Positions 50,409 to 60,139 of a stretch of DNA of 64,000 bases are shown here, in pieces (position 1 is the first letter of the stretch; every line of letters begins with the position of its first letter). The notes beneath the pieces were generated by a model. That model was not told where the DNA came from and ran no database searches. It was given only the letters and a program-made list of their open reading frames with translations. Origin of the DNA: Ostreococcus lucimarinus (Eukaryota); NCBI GenBank assembly GCA_000092065.1, contig CP000596.1. The stretch is one strand, 5' to 3'. Position numbers and translations under genes: made by a program.

Positions 50409-51275
50409 ATGGCGCCCGCGGACGCGATGGACGCCGACGCGCTCGCGCGCGAGTTGCGCGAAGAAAACGCATCGCTCAGGCGCGAGATCGAAGCGCTGCG
50501 GGAGCGTTCGGCGACGCGCGAGATTGAATTCAGGCAAGAGCTGCGCGCGTTGGCGGCGCAGTGCGCGAGCCTCGCGGCGGCGGCGGCGGTGACGAGCGCG
50601 AGCGCTGCGGCGACGACGGAAGCGACGCAAACGGAAGCGACGGTGAGCGCGGACGCGCACGGGGGTGAATGGCGCGTCGGAGGAGGGCACGGGGTCGGCG
50701 GGCGGCCGCGGCGAAGCGCGCGCGCGCCGCCGACGGCGTGGGAGGTGCCGAACGCGTGGCCGATGGGGGCCGAGAACGCGGATCGGGCGTCGGCGAGGTC
50801 CGGAGAGGTGAGCGATCGCGTTCGAGACGCGGTCGAGGAAGAGGCGAGGCGGCGCGGGCGAGGACGCCGCGGCGTCGACGCCGACGCGTTCGTCGGCGAC
50901 TTGAGTTCGTTCTTCTTCAAAACGGCCAAGCACGAAGCGCCGGTGTGGGAGTCGAAGAAAAGCACGAAAAGTAACGATATCGACGCGACGTCGATATTGC
51001 GAAGCGCGCGCGACGGTGCGAGCGAGGACGACGTCGACGCGGACGCCTTCGGCGCGTCTTCGCGTCCCGCCCGCGAAACCGACCCGTTCGACCGGAGCCG
51101 CGGACGTCCCGCGTCGTCCCTCGACGTCGAAGACGAGCGCGAGGCCGATCTCACCGATAGTTTACGCGACGACGACGACCTCGTCGACGCCCTGCTCCGC
51201 GGCGGCCGCGACGGCGAGCGCGCCGCCGAGACCCTCGCGTCTCGGCTTCGCGCCGTCGGCTTCGCCGATTCCTAG
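50409..51275 (+). CDS. Hypothetical coiled-coil, acidic protein
   Basis: 288 aa from the first ATG. N-terminal heptad region LARELREENASLRREIEALRER. No recognisable domain. Low-complexity Ala/Asp/Arg-rich. Confidence 0.3.
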   Translation: MAPADAMDADALARELREENASLRREIEALRERSATREIEFRQELRALAAQCASLAAAAAVTSASAAATTEATQTEATVSADAHGGEWRVGGGHGVGGRPRRSARAPPTAWEVPNAWPMGAENADRASARSGEVSDRVRDAVEEEARRRGRGRRGVDADAFVGDLSSFFFKTAKHEAPVWESKKSTKSNDIDATSILRSARDGASEDDVDADAFGASSRPARETDPFDRSRGRPASSLDVEDEREADLTDSLRDDDDLVDALLRGGRDGERAAETLASRLRAVGFADS

Positions 51276-51591
51276 TCCACCGGCTTCGCGCGCGTCTTCG
51301 CGTCCATCTTTTAGCGATCACTCGCGCCGCGTCGACGCCGTTCGATCGAACGCGAGACCTCCGCGGCGACGCGCGTCGCGTCTCTCCCCCGCGCGAGCGT
51401 CTTTTTTCGCGACCGTTCGGTAAAAATCACACCTCACACCCTGTTTGCACTGTTTGCCCATACGCATCGCGAAACGAACACTAAGCGTCGAAACGCCATT
51501 GATCGGCGTCCCTTGACGCGTCGCGGCGCGGCGCGTCTCGGCGCGCGTCGCGGCGCGACGACCGGTGCGCGCGCCCTGGACGACGCGGTCG

Positions 51592-52749
51592 ATGCGCGCG
51601 GAACCGCTCGACGCGACGGCGTCGAACGCGTCGGCGTCGTCGCCGCGGGAGACGAGGAAACGCGCGAGGGAGGCGATTTTCGCGCGCTTCGACGCGCTCG
51701 CCACCGCGCGCGGGGCGAAGCTGGCGAAGAGGCGAGGAAAAAGGAACTGCGTCGAGCTGGAGTTAGAGGCGTTGGGAGGCGTGAGCGACGAGACGCTCGC
51801 GAAGTTTGCGACGTACGGGGACAAAGTGCAGAAAATGATGCAAAAAGCGACGCCGCGAGGGGCGACGCCCGGGCTCGCGCCGATTCGGTACGCGGCGCGA
51901 GGGACGCTTTTTAACGAGCCGTATCGCGTGTCGGTGGACGAGCAAGGCGTGCATCGCGTGGTTTGGGGGAAGGAAGGCGAGTCGCGCAGGGTCGTGCGGT
52001 CGAAAGATGGGGCGCGTACCCCGCAAGAGGCGGTGGAATGCGTGCACGTCGAAATTCTGAGGCGAATGAATGAAAACATTGCCTCAGTCAGCGACGAATC
52101 GCATGATGGTACATTCGAAGCCCGCATATGCAGAAATTGTCTATGCGACTGCTCGAAGACGCCACTGATGCGTCGTGGTCCCGATGGGATCGGTACGCTT
52201 TGCAACGCTTGTGGGCTGTGGTGGAGTCGACATCAAACGATGCGCGAGTATCCGTCGGTGGTGCCAGAAGAAACGCCGCACAAGGCGATATTTATCCGAA
52301 ATCCAGTCAAAAGCCGAAGAGCACTGAAAACGTTAGACGTTTTTGGATACTATTCATCGAGCGTGCAAGCGACGCTCGCCAAGGCTTGCGCCGCCGTGCT
52401 CCAAGAAGAACGGCGTTCACTTCGGCTTCCGCGCGTCAAGTCGAAACCAGACGTACGATACGACTTCAAGCGAGCTATCCACGACGTGTTCGATCGGTGC
52501 GACTGTGTCTTCGCGGACTCCCCTTCTCATTCAGATGATTTAGGATGGGAACATTACCCCCCATCGATCACAGACTTCGCAGCTGAACAACTCGAAGAAC
52601 TCGAAGGAGTCAAACTCGAAGGAGTCAAACTCGAAGGAGTCAAACTCGAAGGAGTCGAACTCGAAGGAGTCGAACTCGAAGAACTCGAACTCGAAGAACT
52701 CGAAGCTTTCGCGTTCGGTTTCGAGCCCCCGCGGTTGGATCCAGTCTGA
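51592..52749 (+). CDS. GATA-type zinc-finger transcription factor with C-terminal (LEGVK/LEELE)n repeat
   Basis: GATA finger CRNCLCDCSKTPLMRRGPDGIGTLCNACGLWW. C-terminus encoded by a 15-bp tandem repeat. Confidence 0.65.
   Translation: MRAEPLDATASNASASSPRETRKRAREAIFARFDALATARGAKLAKRRGKRNCVELELEALGGVSDETLAKFATYGDKVQKMMQKATPRGATPGLAPIRYAARGTLFNEPYRVSVDEQGVHRVVWGKEGESRRVVRSKDGARTPQEAVECVHVEILRRMNENIASVSDESHDGTFEARICRNCLCDCSKTPLMRRGPDGIGTLCNACGLWWSRHQTMREYPSVVPEETPHKAIFIRNPVKSRRALKTLDVFGYYSSSVQATLAKACAAVLQEERRSLRLPRVKSKPDVRYDFKRAIHDVFDRCDCVFADSPSHSDDLGWEHYPPSITDFAAEQLEELEGVKLEGVKLEGVKLEGVELEGVELEELELEELEAFAFGFEPPRLDPV
52591..52710 (+). repeat. 15-bp coding minisatellite (ctcgaaggagtcaaa and variants, about 8 copies) encoding LEGVKLEGVKLEGVELEGVELEELELEELE
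   Basis: Perfect and near-perfect tandem 15-mers inside the GATA gene's C-terminal codons. Confidence 0.85.
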
Positions 52750-52988
52750 TAGACGTCGGCGTCTTGTATTGTGAAAAAGTTGAAAAGTTGGCCTAGCTTT
52801 TGTAACACCGGCGCGTTGGCAAGACGAACGCGCGGTGCGCCGCACTTCGCGCCGCTCGCGCGCGCTCGAGGTCGCGTCGCGCGTGCGCACGCGATCACTT
52901 CGACCGCTCGCGCGCCGCGGAGCCGGCGCGAAACGCTTCAGGGCGCGTTCGTCGAGTTCACCTCGACCGATCCAGTCTGTCCCGGTCG

Positions 52989-54557
52989 ATGGAAACTTTC
53001 GCGTCGCACGCCCCGCCCGCCGCGCACGAGGACGCGATCGCGAGATGCGAGATCTTAGAGCGTGAACTTCGAGCGTTACAAGCGGCGGAGCGGGCGTCGC
53101 GCGCGCGAGAGACGGCGCTGGCGTGCGAACTGGAGACGCGGCGGCGACGCGCTCGAGCGGGACGGCGAGCGACGGAGACGGATGACGACGATGAGAGCGA
53201 ATACGGCGGACGTCGCGCGATCGGTGCGTCAGCGAGCGTGCCGTTGAGAGAGTACGAGGGTCTACGCGAGCGGTGTGAGGCGGCGGAGGCGCGGGCGAGG
53301 CGGGCGACGGAGACGCTCGCGCAAGTCGCCGCCGAACGCGGGGAGATGCGAGAGAAAGCGGCGAGCGAAGCGGTTGAAAACGCGGTGAGAGAGGCCGAGG
53401 AGAAGTGGCGAGCAGAAATGGAAGAGTTGAGTCGAGCGGCGCGGGCTGACGCGAGGGCACTGAGTTCGTCGCGAAATAGAGCGGGCGAACTCGCGGCGGA
53501 GCTGCGCGAGGCGAAGGCGCTGCGAGACGAGTGGCAGAAGCGAGCAGAGGCGGCAATGGAAACGAGCGAAGCGACGTCTGATGCGCTTGAGCGCATGCGT
53601 AAGGCGATCATAGAGAGTGAGAATATGGGTTTAAGCGAGCGAAGTGTCAAAGACGCGGAGAGGATTCAAAAATTGGTCAAGCAGTTGGCGACGACGCAAG
53701 AGCAGCTCGCGATTGCGCAAAGGGAGGTCCACAAACGCGATTCAGCGCGGGATAGGCTCGTGTTCGATGCTCAAAAAGCGCAAGAACGCGTCAAGGAGAT
53801 TTCGTCGCGTTTGGCCGAGGTGCAAGCGGAACGCGAACACGCGAAGGAAACCGTTTCTGTCGAACGCGCTGAGAAGGAACGCCTGAACGGTGAGGTGGTA
53901 TATTTAAGAGGCGAGTTGGACCGAATTCGCTCGGAAAACGAAAATGAAATGAGCGATTTCACAGATTGGCGCACGCAGACGGAAAAAACGTACAATCGTG
54001 AGCTCAATCAGGCGCGCAAAGACGCGGCGCGCCACGCGATGACTGTACGTAAACTTCAGCAAAAATTGGCGCAAGGCAAGGACGCGAGCGACGCCCGTAA
54101 AATCGCGCAGTTGGAGCGCGAGTGCGCCACCGTTCGTGAGACAGTGCGTGAGTTGGTCACCGAGCGCGACGCGTTGGCGCGACGCGTCCAGGATTTGACA
54201 TCATTCCGAAGCGACGCTCGGCATCAAAAGGGCTCTGCGAACGCGCGTCGAGCCGTCGTCGCGCACGACGACGACGAGGTCGACGACAATATCGACCCAG
54301 GCGCGTTTGGCGTCGACGACGACTTAGATATCTCCGGCGAAGACGACGAAGACGACGACATCTTCAACGAGGCGACCGAAAATCTCTTCAAAGAAACCGT
54401 CGACGATTTCTTCGAAGACGACGACGCCGAAGACGCCCGCCTCGAAGCCGCGCACGCGCACGCGCACGCCCTCGCCAAGCGCCTACAGTCCATAGAATCC
54501 CGCGCCGTGGCATTCCTAGGCGCCCGCGACGATTTCTTCGAAGACGACGATTTGTAA
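52989..54557 (+). CDS. Long coiled-coil protein with two C-terminal acidic FF motifs (DDFFEDDD)
   Basis: 522 aa. Real ATG. About 400 aa of predicted coiled coil. Ends ...DDFFEDDDAEDARLEAAHAHAHALAKRLQSIESRAVAFLGARDDFFEDDDL. Confidence 0.45.
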   Translation: METFASHAPPAAHEDAIARCEILERELRALQAAERASRARETALACELETRRRRARAGRRATETDDDDESEYGGRRAIGASASVPLREYEGLRERCEAAEARARRATETLAQVAAERGEMREKAASEAVENAVREAEEKWRAEMEELSRAARADARALSSSRNRAGELAAELREAKALRDEWQKRAEAAMETSEATSDALERMRKAIIESENMGLSERSVKDAERIQKLVKQLATTQEQLAIAQREVHKRDSARDRLVFDAQKAQERVKEISSRLAEVQAEREHAKETVSVERAEKERLNGEVVYLRGELDRIRSENENEMSDFTDWRTQTEKTYNRELNQARKDAARHAMTVRKLQQKLAQGKDASDARKIAQLERECATVRETVRELVTERDALARRVQDLTSFRSDARHQKGSANARRAVVAHDDDEVDDNIDPGAFGVDDDLDISGEDDEDDDIFNEATENLFKETVDDFFEDDDAEDARLEAAHAHAHALAKRLQSIESRAVAFLGARDDFFEDDDL

Positions 54558-54625
54558 CCTCGCCGCGCTTCCACATCCAAACCGCGGCGCTCGCGCCGGC
54601 CGCACTCGTCGCCTCCCCGAAACCC

Positions 54626-55624
54626 ATGGGTCGCAAGAAATCCTCCTCCGTCGCCGCCGACGCCTCCAGGGACGTCCCCGCGCACTTAGTCACGACCGAG
54701 ATCGACGTCACGGCGCTCACGTACGAAGAAATCCAAGCGCGACATCGCGAGCAGCTCGAAGAAATCGAATCGCTCGTGACGAAACTTTACGGCGCGACGC
54801 CGGGGAAGAAAGACAAGGAAAAGGCCATGCGCGCCGTCGGTGTGGTGAGCGATAGACATTATCAAGAGATGATGGCGTGGGAAGACGCGAACGAGGCGTC
54901 GGAGGCGAACGAGACGAGCGATGGGGAAGCGGACGCGAACGCGGCGGCGGCGGCGCTGCGCGACCAGGCGACGCTGACGAACGACGACGACGATGACGAG
55001 AAGGAGGCGAAGGAAAGCGATGAAAGCGAGAAGCAAAAGAAGCCGTCCAAGGCGATGGCGCGCAAAGCGAAGCGTGCGGCGGAGGAAGCGGCGAGAGAGG
55101 CGAGGATCGCGGCGGAAAAGGCGGCGCTGGGACCGAGCGCTCAGGCGATGGAGAGCGAAGTCTTGAGGTCGAGATTAGCCCCGCTCGGGTTGCGCGTGAA
55201 AGAAATACGCGCTGATGGCCACTGCTTGTATCGCTCGATCGATGATCAGCTGGTCAAGGTGACGGGGTCGGGGCACGAGGGCGGATACGAGGGGTTGCGC
55301 GCGACGTGCGCGGCGACGATGAGAGACGACGAGGATTCGTTTCGACCATTCATCGGCGATTGCGCCGAACAAACGCCCGAGGCGGACGAACGGTGGCGAG
55401 CGTACGTGCGCGAAGTCGAGAGTACGGCGACTTGGGGAGGTCAGTTGGAGATCATGGCGCTTTCGAAAGCGTTGCGGCGGCGGATCCAGGTGTTTAGCGC
55501 GACGATGCCCGTCGTAGTCATGGGCGAAGACTTTGACGAGGACGGCGCGCTGCGCGTGGCGTACCATCGGCACGCGTTCGGTTTGGGCGAGCACTACAAT
55601 AGCGTGGAAGACGACAAGAAATAA
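54626..55624 (+). CDS. OTUD6B: OTU-domain deubiquitinase (OTUD6B-like) with N-terminal coiled coil
   Basis: 332 aa. Catalytic Cys box IRADGHCLYRSIDDQL. His box RVAYHRHAFGLGEHYNSV. Confidence 0.8.
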   Translation: MGRKKSSSVAADASRDVPAHLVTTEIDVTALTYEEIQARHREQLEEIESLVTKLYGATPGKKDKEKAMRAVGVVSDRHYQEMMAWEDANEASEANETSDGEADANAAAAALRDQATLTNDDDDDEKEAKESDESEKQKKPSKAMARKAKRAAEEAAREARIAAEKAALGPSAQAMESEVLRSRLAPLGLRVKEIRADGHCLYRSIDDQLVKVTGSGHEGGYEGLRATCAATMRDDEDSFRPFIGDCAEQTPEADERWRAYVREVESTATWGGQLEIMALSKALRRRIQVFSATMPVVVMGEDFDEDGALRVAYHRHAFGLGEHYNSVEDDKK

Positions 55625-55669
55625 TGTGATATTGCAAGAAAGAATATGCTAGAGATGGAAAGGAAAGAC

Positions 55670-57100
55670 TCAGTTCATGCCCGTCCCGTGCGCGATCAGC
55701 CCTAGGAGTCCGCCGAGGACGACGACCAACGGGGCCTGGATCAGCGTCCACGTTCCCCTTGGCAACTTGACGACGTGCACGCAAAACGTGCAAATCATTC
55801 CGATGCACACGGTAGCGTTCGGAAACGGACTCAGAGATTTGACCTTGAACGCGATGTTGAACGCGGCGGCGACGACGAGTCCGACGGCTGACGCATTCAG
55901 TCCGGGCAGAGCGCGTCTGTAGACGCGCCATTTTCGAAATTTCCCCCAGAACGGAAGCACGGCGAAGATGAGAATCACGCCCGGACCGAACAACCCGAAC
56001 CACGCGCACATGATGCCGACGACGACGTTCACGCCCGCGCGTCGCGCGGCGACGGCGCCGAGGTACGCGCTGAGATTAAACAACGGCCCCGGCATGGCTT
56101 GCGCCATGGCTAAACCGGCGAAAAACTGTTCTTCGGTGACCCAAGACGTGAGCGACTCGCTTCTGACGCAACTCGTCGCGCCACTCGCGATCGAGCACGT
56201 CGTTTCGTACTGCACGACGTCGTTCAACAACAGCGGAAGCACGACTTGACCGCCGCCGAAGATGATCGAACCCGTGCGCCAAAACGCCTCGAACCAATGC
56301 AACTCCTTATTCGACGCGTAATCCGTCTTCGACACCGCGATCCCGAGCGCGACGAGCGCGACGATCCACCCCACGATCAAGCACCCCCCGACCGCGGGCG
56401 TGAGACCGAGATGCGCCACCTCCTCCGCGTCTTCGTCTCCGCTCGCGTCCTCCCTCGCGCCGCGCGTCTCGCCGTCCTCCTTTTTCGCCCACCTCTCCCG
56501 CGCGCGCGCCTCGCACGTCGTCGCGCATCCCCCGAACGCGATCAACGCCGGAAACAACCACGCCGTCTGACGATAACACGCCACCACCGCGCTCGTCGCG
56601 CACAAAACCTTCGTCGTCGCCGTCTTCGCCCGCGACCGCGTCAGCGACGCCGCCGCCGACGCGATCAACCCCGCGCCCGCCGCCGACAGCCCCCCCGCGA
56701 GCGCTCGAAGCGTTTGTCCTGGATTCACCAGCGTTTCCGCCGCGCCCGCGCCCGCGAGCGACATCAGCAGCAGTCCCGGATACTGAAACAGCGTCCCGCT
56801 CAGCGCGCCCCCCGCGACGCCGCCCCTCGCGATCCCGATCGCGAACGACATCTGCGTCGACGTCGGTCCCGGCAGGCACTGCCCGAGCGCCAGCAGCTCC
56901 GCGAACGTCCCGCTCGTCATCCACGGCCGCGGAGCGCGCTTCACGAAGGTTTCGTTGAAGAGCGCGACGTGCGCGGCGGGACCGCCGAACGCGGTCCAGC
57001 CGAGCAAAGCGAACGACGACGCGATCTCGCGACGCGGCGACGGCGCGACGTAAGACGCGCGCTCCTCGTCGCCGTCTCGCGCGATCTCGCGGTGCGCCAT
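55670..57100 (-). CDS. Chromate-ion transporter (CHR/ChrA) family, duplicated-domain type
   Basis: 476 aa from ATG at 57100; the track ORF runs spuriously to 57745. ChrA signatures LGWTAFGGPAAHVALFNETFVKR and SIIFGGGQVVLPLL. About 10-12 TM helices. Confidence 0.8.
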   Translation of the reverse strand: MAHREIARDGDEERASYVAPSPRREIASSFALLGWTAFGGPAAHVALFNETFVKRAPRPWMTSGTFAELLALGQCLPGPTSTQMSFAIGIARGGVAGGALSGTLFQYPGLLLMSLAGAGAAETLVNPGQTLRALAGGLSAAGAGLIASAAASLTRSRAKTATTKVLCATSAVVACYRQTAWLFPALIAFGGCATTCEARARERWAKKEDGETRGAREDASGDEDAEEVAHLGLTPAVGGCLIVGWIVALVALGIAVSKTDYASNKELHWFEAFWRTGSIIFGGGQVVLPLLLNDVVQYETTCSIASGATSCVRSESLTSWVTEEQFFAGLAMAQAMPGPLFNLSAYLGAVAARRAGVNVVVGIMCAWFGLFGPGVILIFAVLPFWGKFRKWRVYRRALPGLNASAVGLVVAAAFNIAFKVKSLSPFPNATVCIGMICTFCVHVVKLPRGTWTLIQAPLVVVLGGLLGLIAHGTGMN

Positions 57101-57246
57101 CGCGCGCGCGCAGGTGCGCGACGCGCGACGCGCGGCGCGCGAGGGCGACGAGGACGCGGCGCGCGCATCGAGGGTGAAAAAAAAACGCTCGAGGAGACGA
57201 AAAAACGGCACACGACGACGCGCGAGCGACGCGCGAGCGACGCGCG

Positions 57247-58906
57247 ATGACGCGCGATGACGCCGACGGGGGCGCGCGGGATGATTTATACGACGCGCTC
57301 GGCGTCGCGCGGGACGCGACGAAGACGGAGGTGCGCGCGAGACGACGCGAGGACGACGCGACGAGGACGATGGATGCGTTTCGATGACGACCGCGTGGAT
57401 AGGGGAGGGGCGACGACGACGACTGACGGCGAGGCGCGACGACGGCGCGACGACGGCGCGGCGTAGGTGCGACGGGCGTATCGAAATTTGATCACGCGCG
57501 CGCATCCCGATAAGGGCGGAGACGCGGTGACGTTCGCGAGGATCCAACGCGCGTACGACGTGCTGAGCGACGACGCGAAGCGCGCGTCGTACGACGAGAC
57601 TGGGACGTTTGAAAAGACGGTCGAAGAAGAATTGCTCGATGAATTCGGTGGAGGGGTGTTTCGCGATAAGATGAAGGAGGAGGAAGCGCGCAAGGAGTCT
57701 CTGGCCGAGGCGCTCGTGAAGACGGAGAAGGAGAAGGGGTCGCACACCGCCGGATTCGAAGCGTGGCTCCGAGCGCGCGGACCGGATTCGAACAAGACGA
57801 TCGGGGTCGAAGACATGATCGATCGATTCGGGGTGAACAAAGGTTCGTACGACGAAGTGGTGCTACCGAAGATTCGTGCGTACCAGGCGAGCGTCACAGC
57901 GGCGAACGCGATTAAATTGGGATCGGCGGCGATTCCTCCCACGCTCGAGTGGGGCGAGGTGCTCGTCAACGTGCGCGTCGCGCCGATTAATCCCGCCGAT
58001 ATCGACGCCAAGACGCTCGCTTCGCGCGCGAAATTCCCTTTCGTCGCTGGATCCGATGGTGTCGCCACCGTGGTGAAAGTCGGCGCGGGCGTGAAATCTC
58101 TCAACGAAGGCGATTGGGTGCTGCCGTACAAAGCCGAGATGGGCACGTGGCGCTCGCTCGCGGTGTGGAAGGAGAAGGACCTAATCAAGCTTCCTTCGGA
58201 CATTTTACCCATGGAATACGCGGCGATGATGCGTGAAATGTGCGTCGCGTACCGTTTACTGGAAGACTTCGGAAGCTTGAAACCGGGAGACGCCGTGGTG
58301 CTCAACGCCGCGACGTCCACCGTCGGTCAGTGCGTCGTGCAACTGTGCGCCATGCTCAAGCTTCGCGCCGTCGCCGTCGTGCGCTCGCGGAAAGATTTCG
58401 ACAAGACGGCGGCGTGGTTGAAATCACTCGGCGCTTCGGAGGTGTTGAAAGATGAAGGCTCGATCGCGACCGAGCTCACGTCGCGAAACTTGTTCGCCAA
58501 GCCGAGACTGGCGCTCGACGCCGTCGGCGGCGCCTCGGCGGTGCGTCTCGCCGAATCCCTCCAACCCGGTTGTCCGCTCATCGTCTACGGCAACATGAGC
58601 GGTCGCGCGGCGACGTTCCCATGGCACGCCTGGACGCAATCCGCACTCATCGTTCGCGGGTTCTCGTTGCGCCAATGGATGACTGAAAACAAGAAAAAGG
58701 TGCCCAAGATGATGGAGACGCTCGGCAAGCTCGCGCGCGCCGACAAACTCGCGATTCAGTACACCGACTACGAACTCTCGAGCGAGTTCGAGGAGGCGCT
58801 CGAACACGCGCGCGAGGACGATCGATGCACCAAAGTACTGTTACGCGTGAACGATATCGGGACGACGTACGACAGCGCCGAAAACGCCGCCTCGCCGACG
58901 GCGTGA
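57247..58906 (+). CDS. J-domain fused to a mitochondrial-type trans-2-enoyl-CoA reductase (MECR/ETR1, MDR superfamily); exons 57247..57330 and 57467..58906
   Basis: Exon 1 encodes MTRDDADGGARDDLYDALGVARDATKTE. Phase-0 GTGCGC donor. Exon 2 continues the J-domain (VRRAYRNLITRAHPDKGGD...YDETG), has an acidic linker of about 75 aa, then a MECR-like enoyl reductase (VNVRVAPINPADID, GDWVLPYKAEMGTWRSLAV, LNAATSTVGQCVVQLCAMLKLRAVAVVRSR). 507 aa. Confidence 0.75.
57331..57466 (+). other. Intron in the J-domain region of the DnaJ-MECR gene (136 nt)
   Basis: Donor GTGCGC. ACTGAC at 57422-57427, 39 nt upstream of the TAG acceptor. Confidence 0.7.
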
Positions 58907-59131
58907 GCGGTCCCGCGACGGGCGTCTCGACTCGGGCGACGGCGACCGCGCGGGCGAGACGAGACGAGACTATTCAGGGACGAAGACTACACGAATAAAT
59001 GCACGAAACTGTAATGATAATATTTCATCCTCAGTTCCTAAACTGCGGCGACCTATCGCGTCGCCTCTTCAAAGCGCGTACGTACCGAGCGTCGACGCTC
59101 GATGGCGTCGTCCTCGCTTCGCGGCGCGCGT

Positions 59132-59857
59132 TTAGTAGAGTTCTTCCTCCATGTGCGTCTTGACCGTGCAGTCCGACGTCGGGTACGCGACGCACGTGAG
59201 CACGAAGCCGTTACCCATTTGGTCGTCGTCCAAGAAAGATTGGTCGGATTGGTCGATGGAACCAGCCTGCGCGCGATCGTCTCGTCAGTCTCGTCATCCA
59301 GAAACGTCCCATCGTCGGTTCGCGACTCGTCGAGAGTCCCTCGCGGGCGAGTGACGTCAACGTACCGTGACCTTACCCGCGCACGACGAGCATGCGCCCG
59401 CGCGGCACGAGTACGGCAAGTCGATGCCGGCTTCCTGCGCGCGTCGCAAAAGAAATCACCCCTCCGTCAGTCTCGCGCCCTCGCGACGCCCGCGCGTTCG
59501 CGCGCGACGCGCCCGACGCGCATCGCGTCGATCGCCCGATCGTTGGGCGGCGCCGCGTCAGCGTCGCGCGACGCGATTCGCCCCCGTTCCCGCGCGCGCG
59601 ACGCCGCGCGCGACGCCGCGCGCGTCGCGACCCGACGATTAAAAATTCGCTCGAGCGTTTCGCGCACTCACCTCAGCGGCGTCGAGGATGTACGTGTCGT
59701 CCGCGCACTCGATCGCTTGCGCCCCCTCCGGGGTTTCGAGCGTGACCTGGAAGCGCGCGATCGTCGATCGGCGCGCGACGGCGGCGGAGGATCGGCGCGC
59801 GCCCGCGAAGGACGCGACGGGGGCGGCGGTGACGGACATCTTCGTGACGGCGGACAT
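59132..59857 (-). CDS. PETF: Plant-type [2Fe-2S] ferredoxin with transit peptide; three exons: 59672..59857, 59366..59434 and 59132..59266
   Basis: Exon 1 encodes [62 protein letters not shown], donor GTGAGT. Exon 2 encodes [23 protein letters not shown], donor GTACGT. Exon 3 encodes [44 protein letters not shown], then a stop. 129 aa. All four Fe-S cysteines are present. Confidence 0.85.
59267..59365 (-). other. Ferredoxin intron 2 (99 nt)
   Basis: GTACGT donor. gACTGAC about 17 nt upstream of the CAG acceptor. Confidence 0.8.
59435..59671 (-). other. Ferredoxin intron 1 (237 nt)
   Basis: GTGAGT donor. agACTGAC 34 nt upstream of the CAG acceptor. Confidence 0.8.
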
Positions 59858-60139
59858 TGTGTCTGTGTGTTACTGCGTGGAGTAGTGTCGACGCGTCGTC
59901 GGCGAACGAGCGATCGACGCGACGCGATCGATCGAGGTCGGTCGATCCCCCTAACCTGTTGATTCGTCGAGTCAGCACTCGTCGACGCGCGCCGATCGAA
60001 AAAACCGTCCTCGCGTCGATCGACCGCGCGCGCATCGTCGGTCGCCGTCGAACCTCGCGCCGTCGATCGCGCGCGCGCGCGTCGATCGATCGATCGATCG
60101 ATCGATCGCGCGCGCCCGCACTTCGCGCCGACGGCGACC

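Noticed and set aside
52591-52710. Regular 15-bp direct repeats; considered as a CRISPR-like array or satellite
   Set aside because: The repeats are contiguous (no spacers), in frame inside the GATA gene, and lie in eukaryotic DNA. This is a coding minisatellite.
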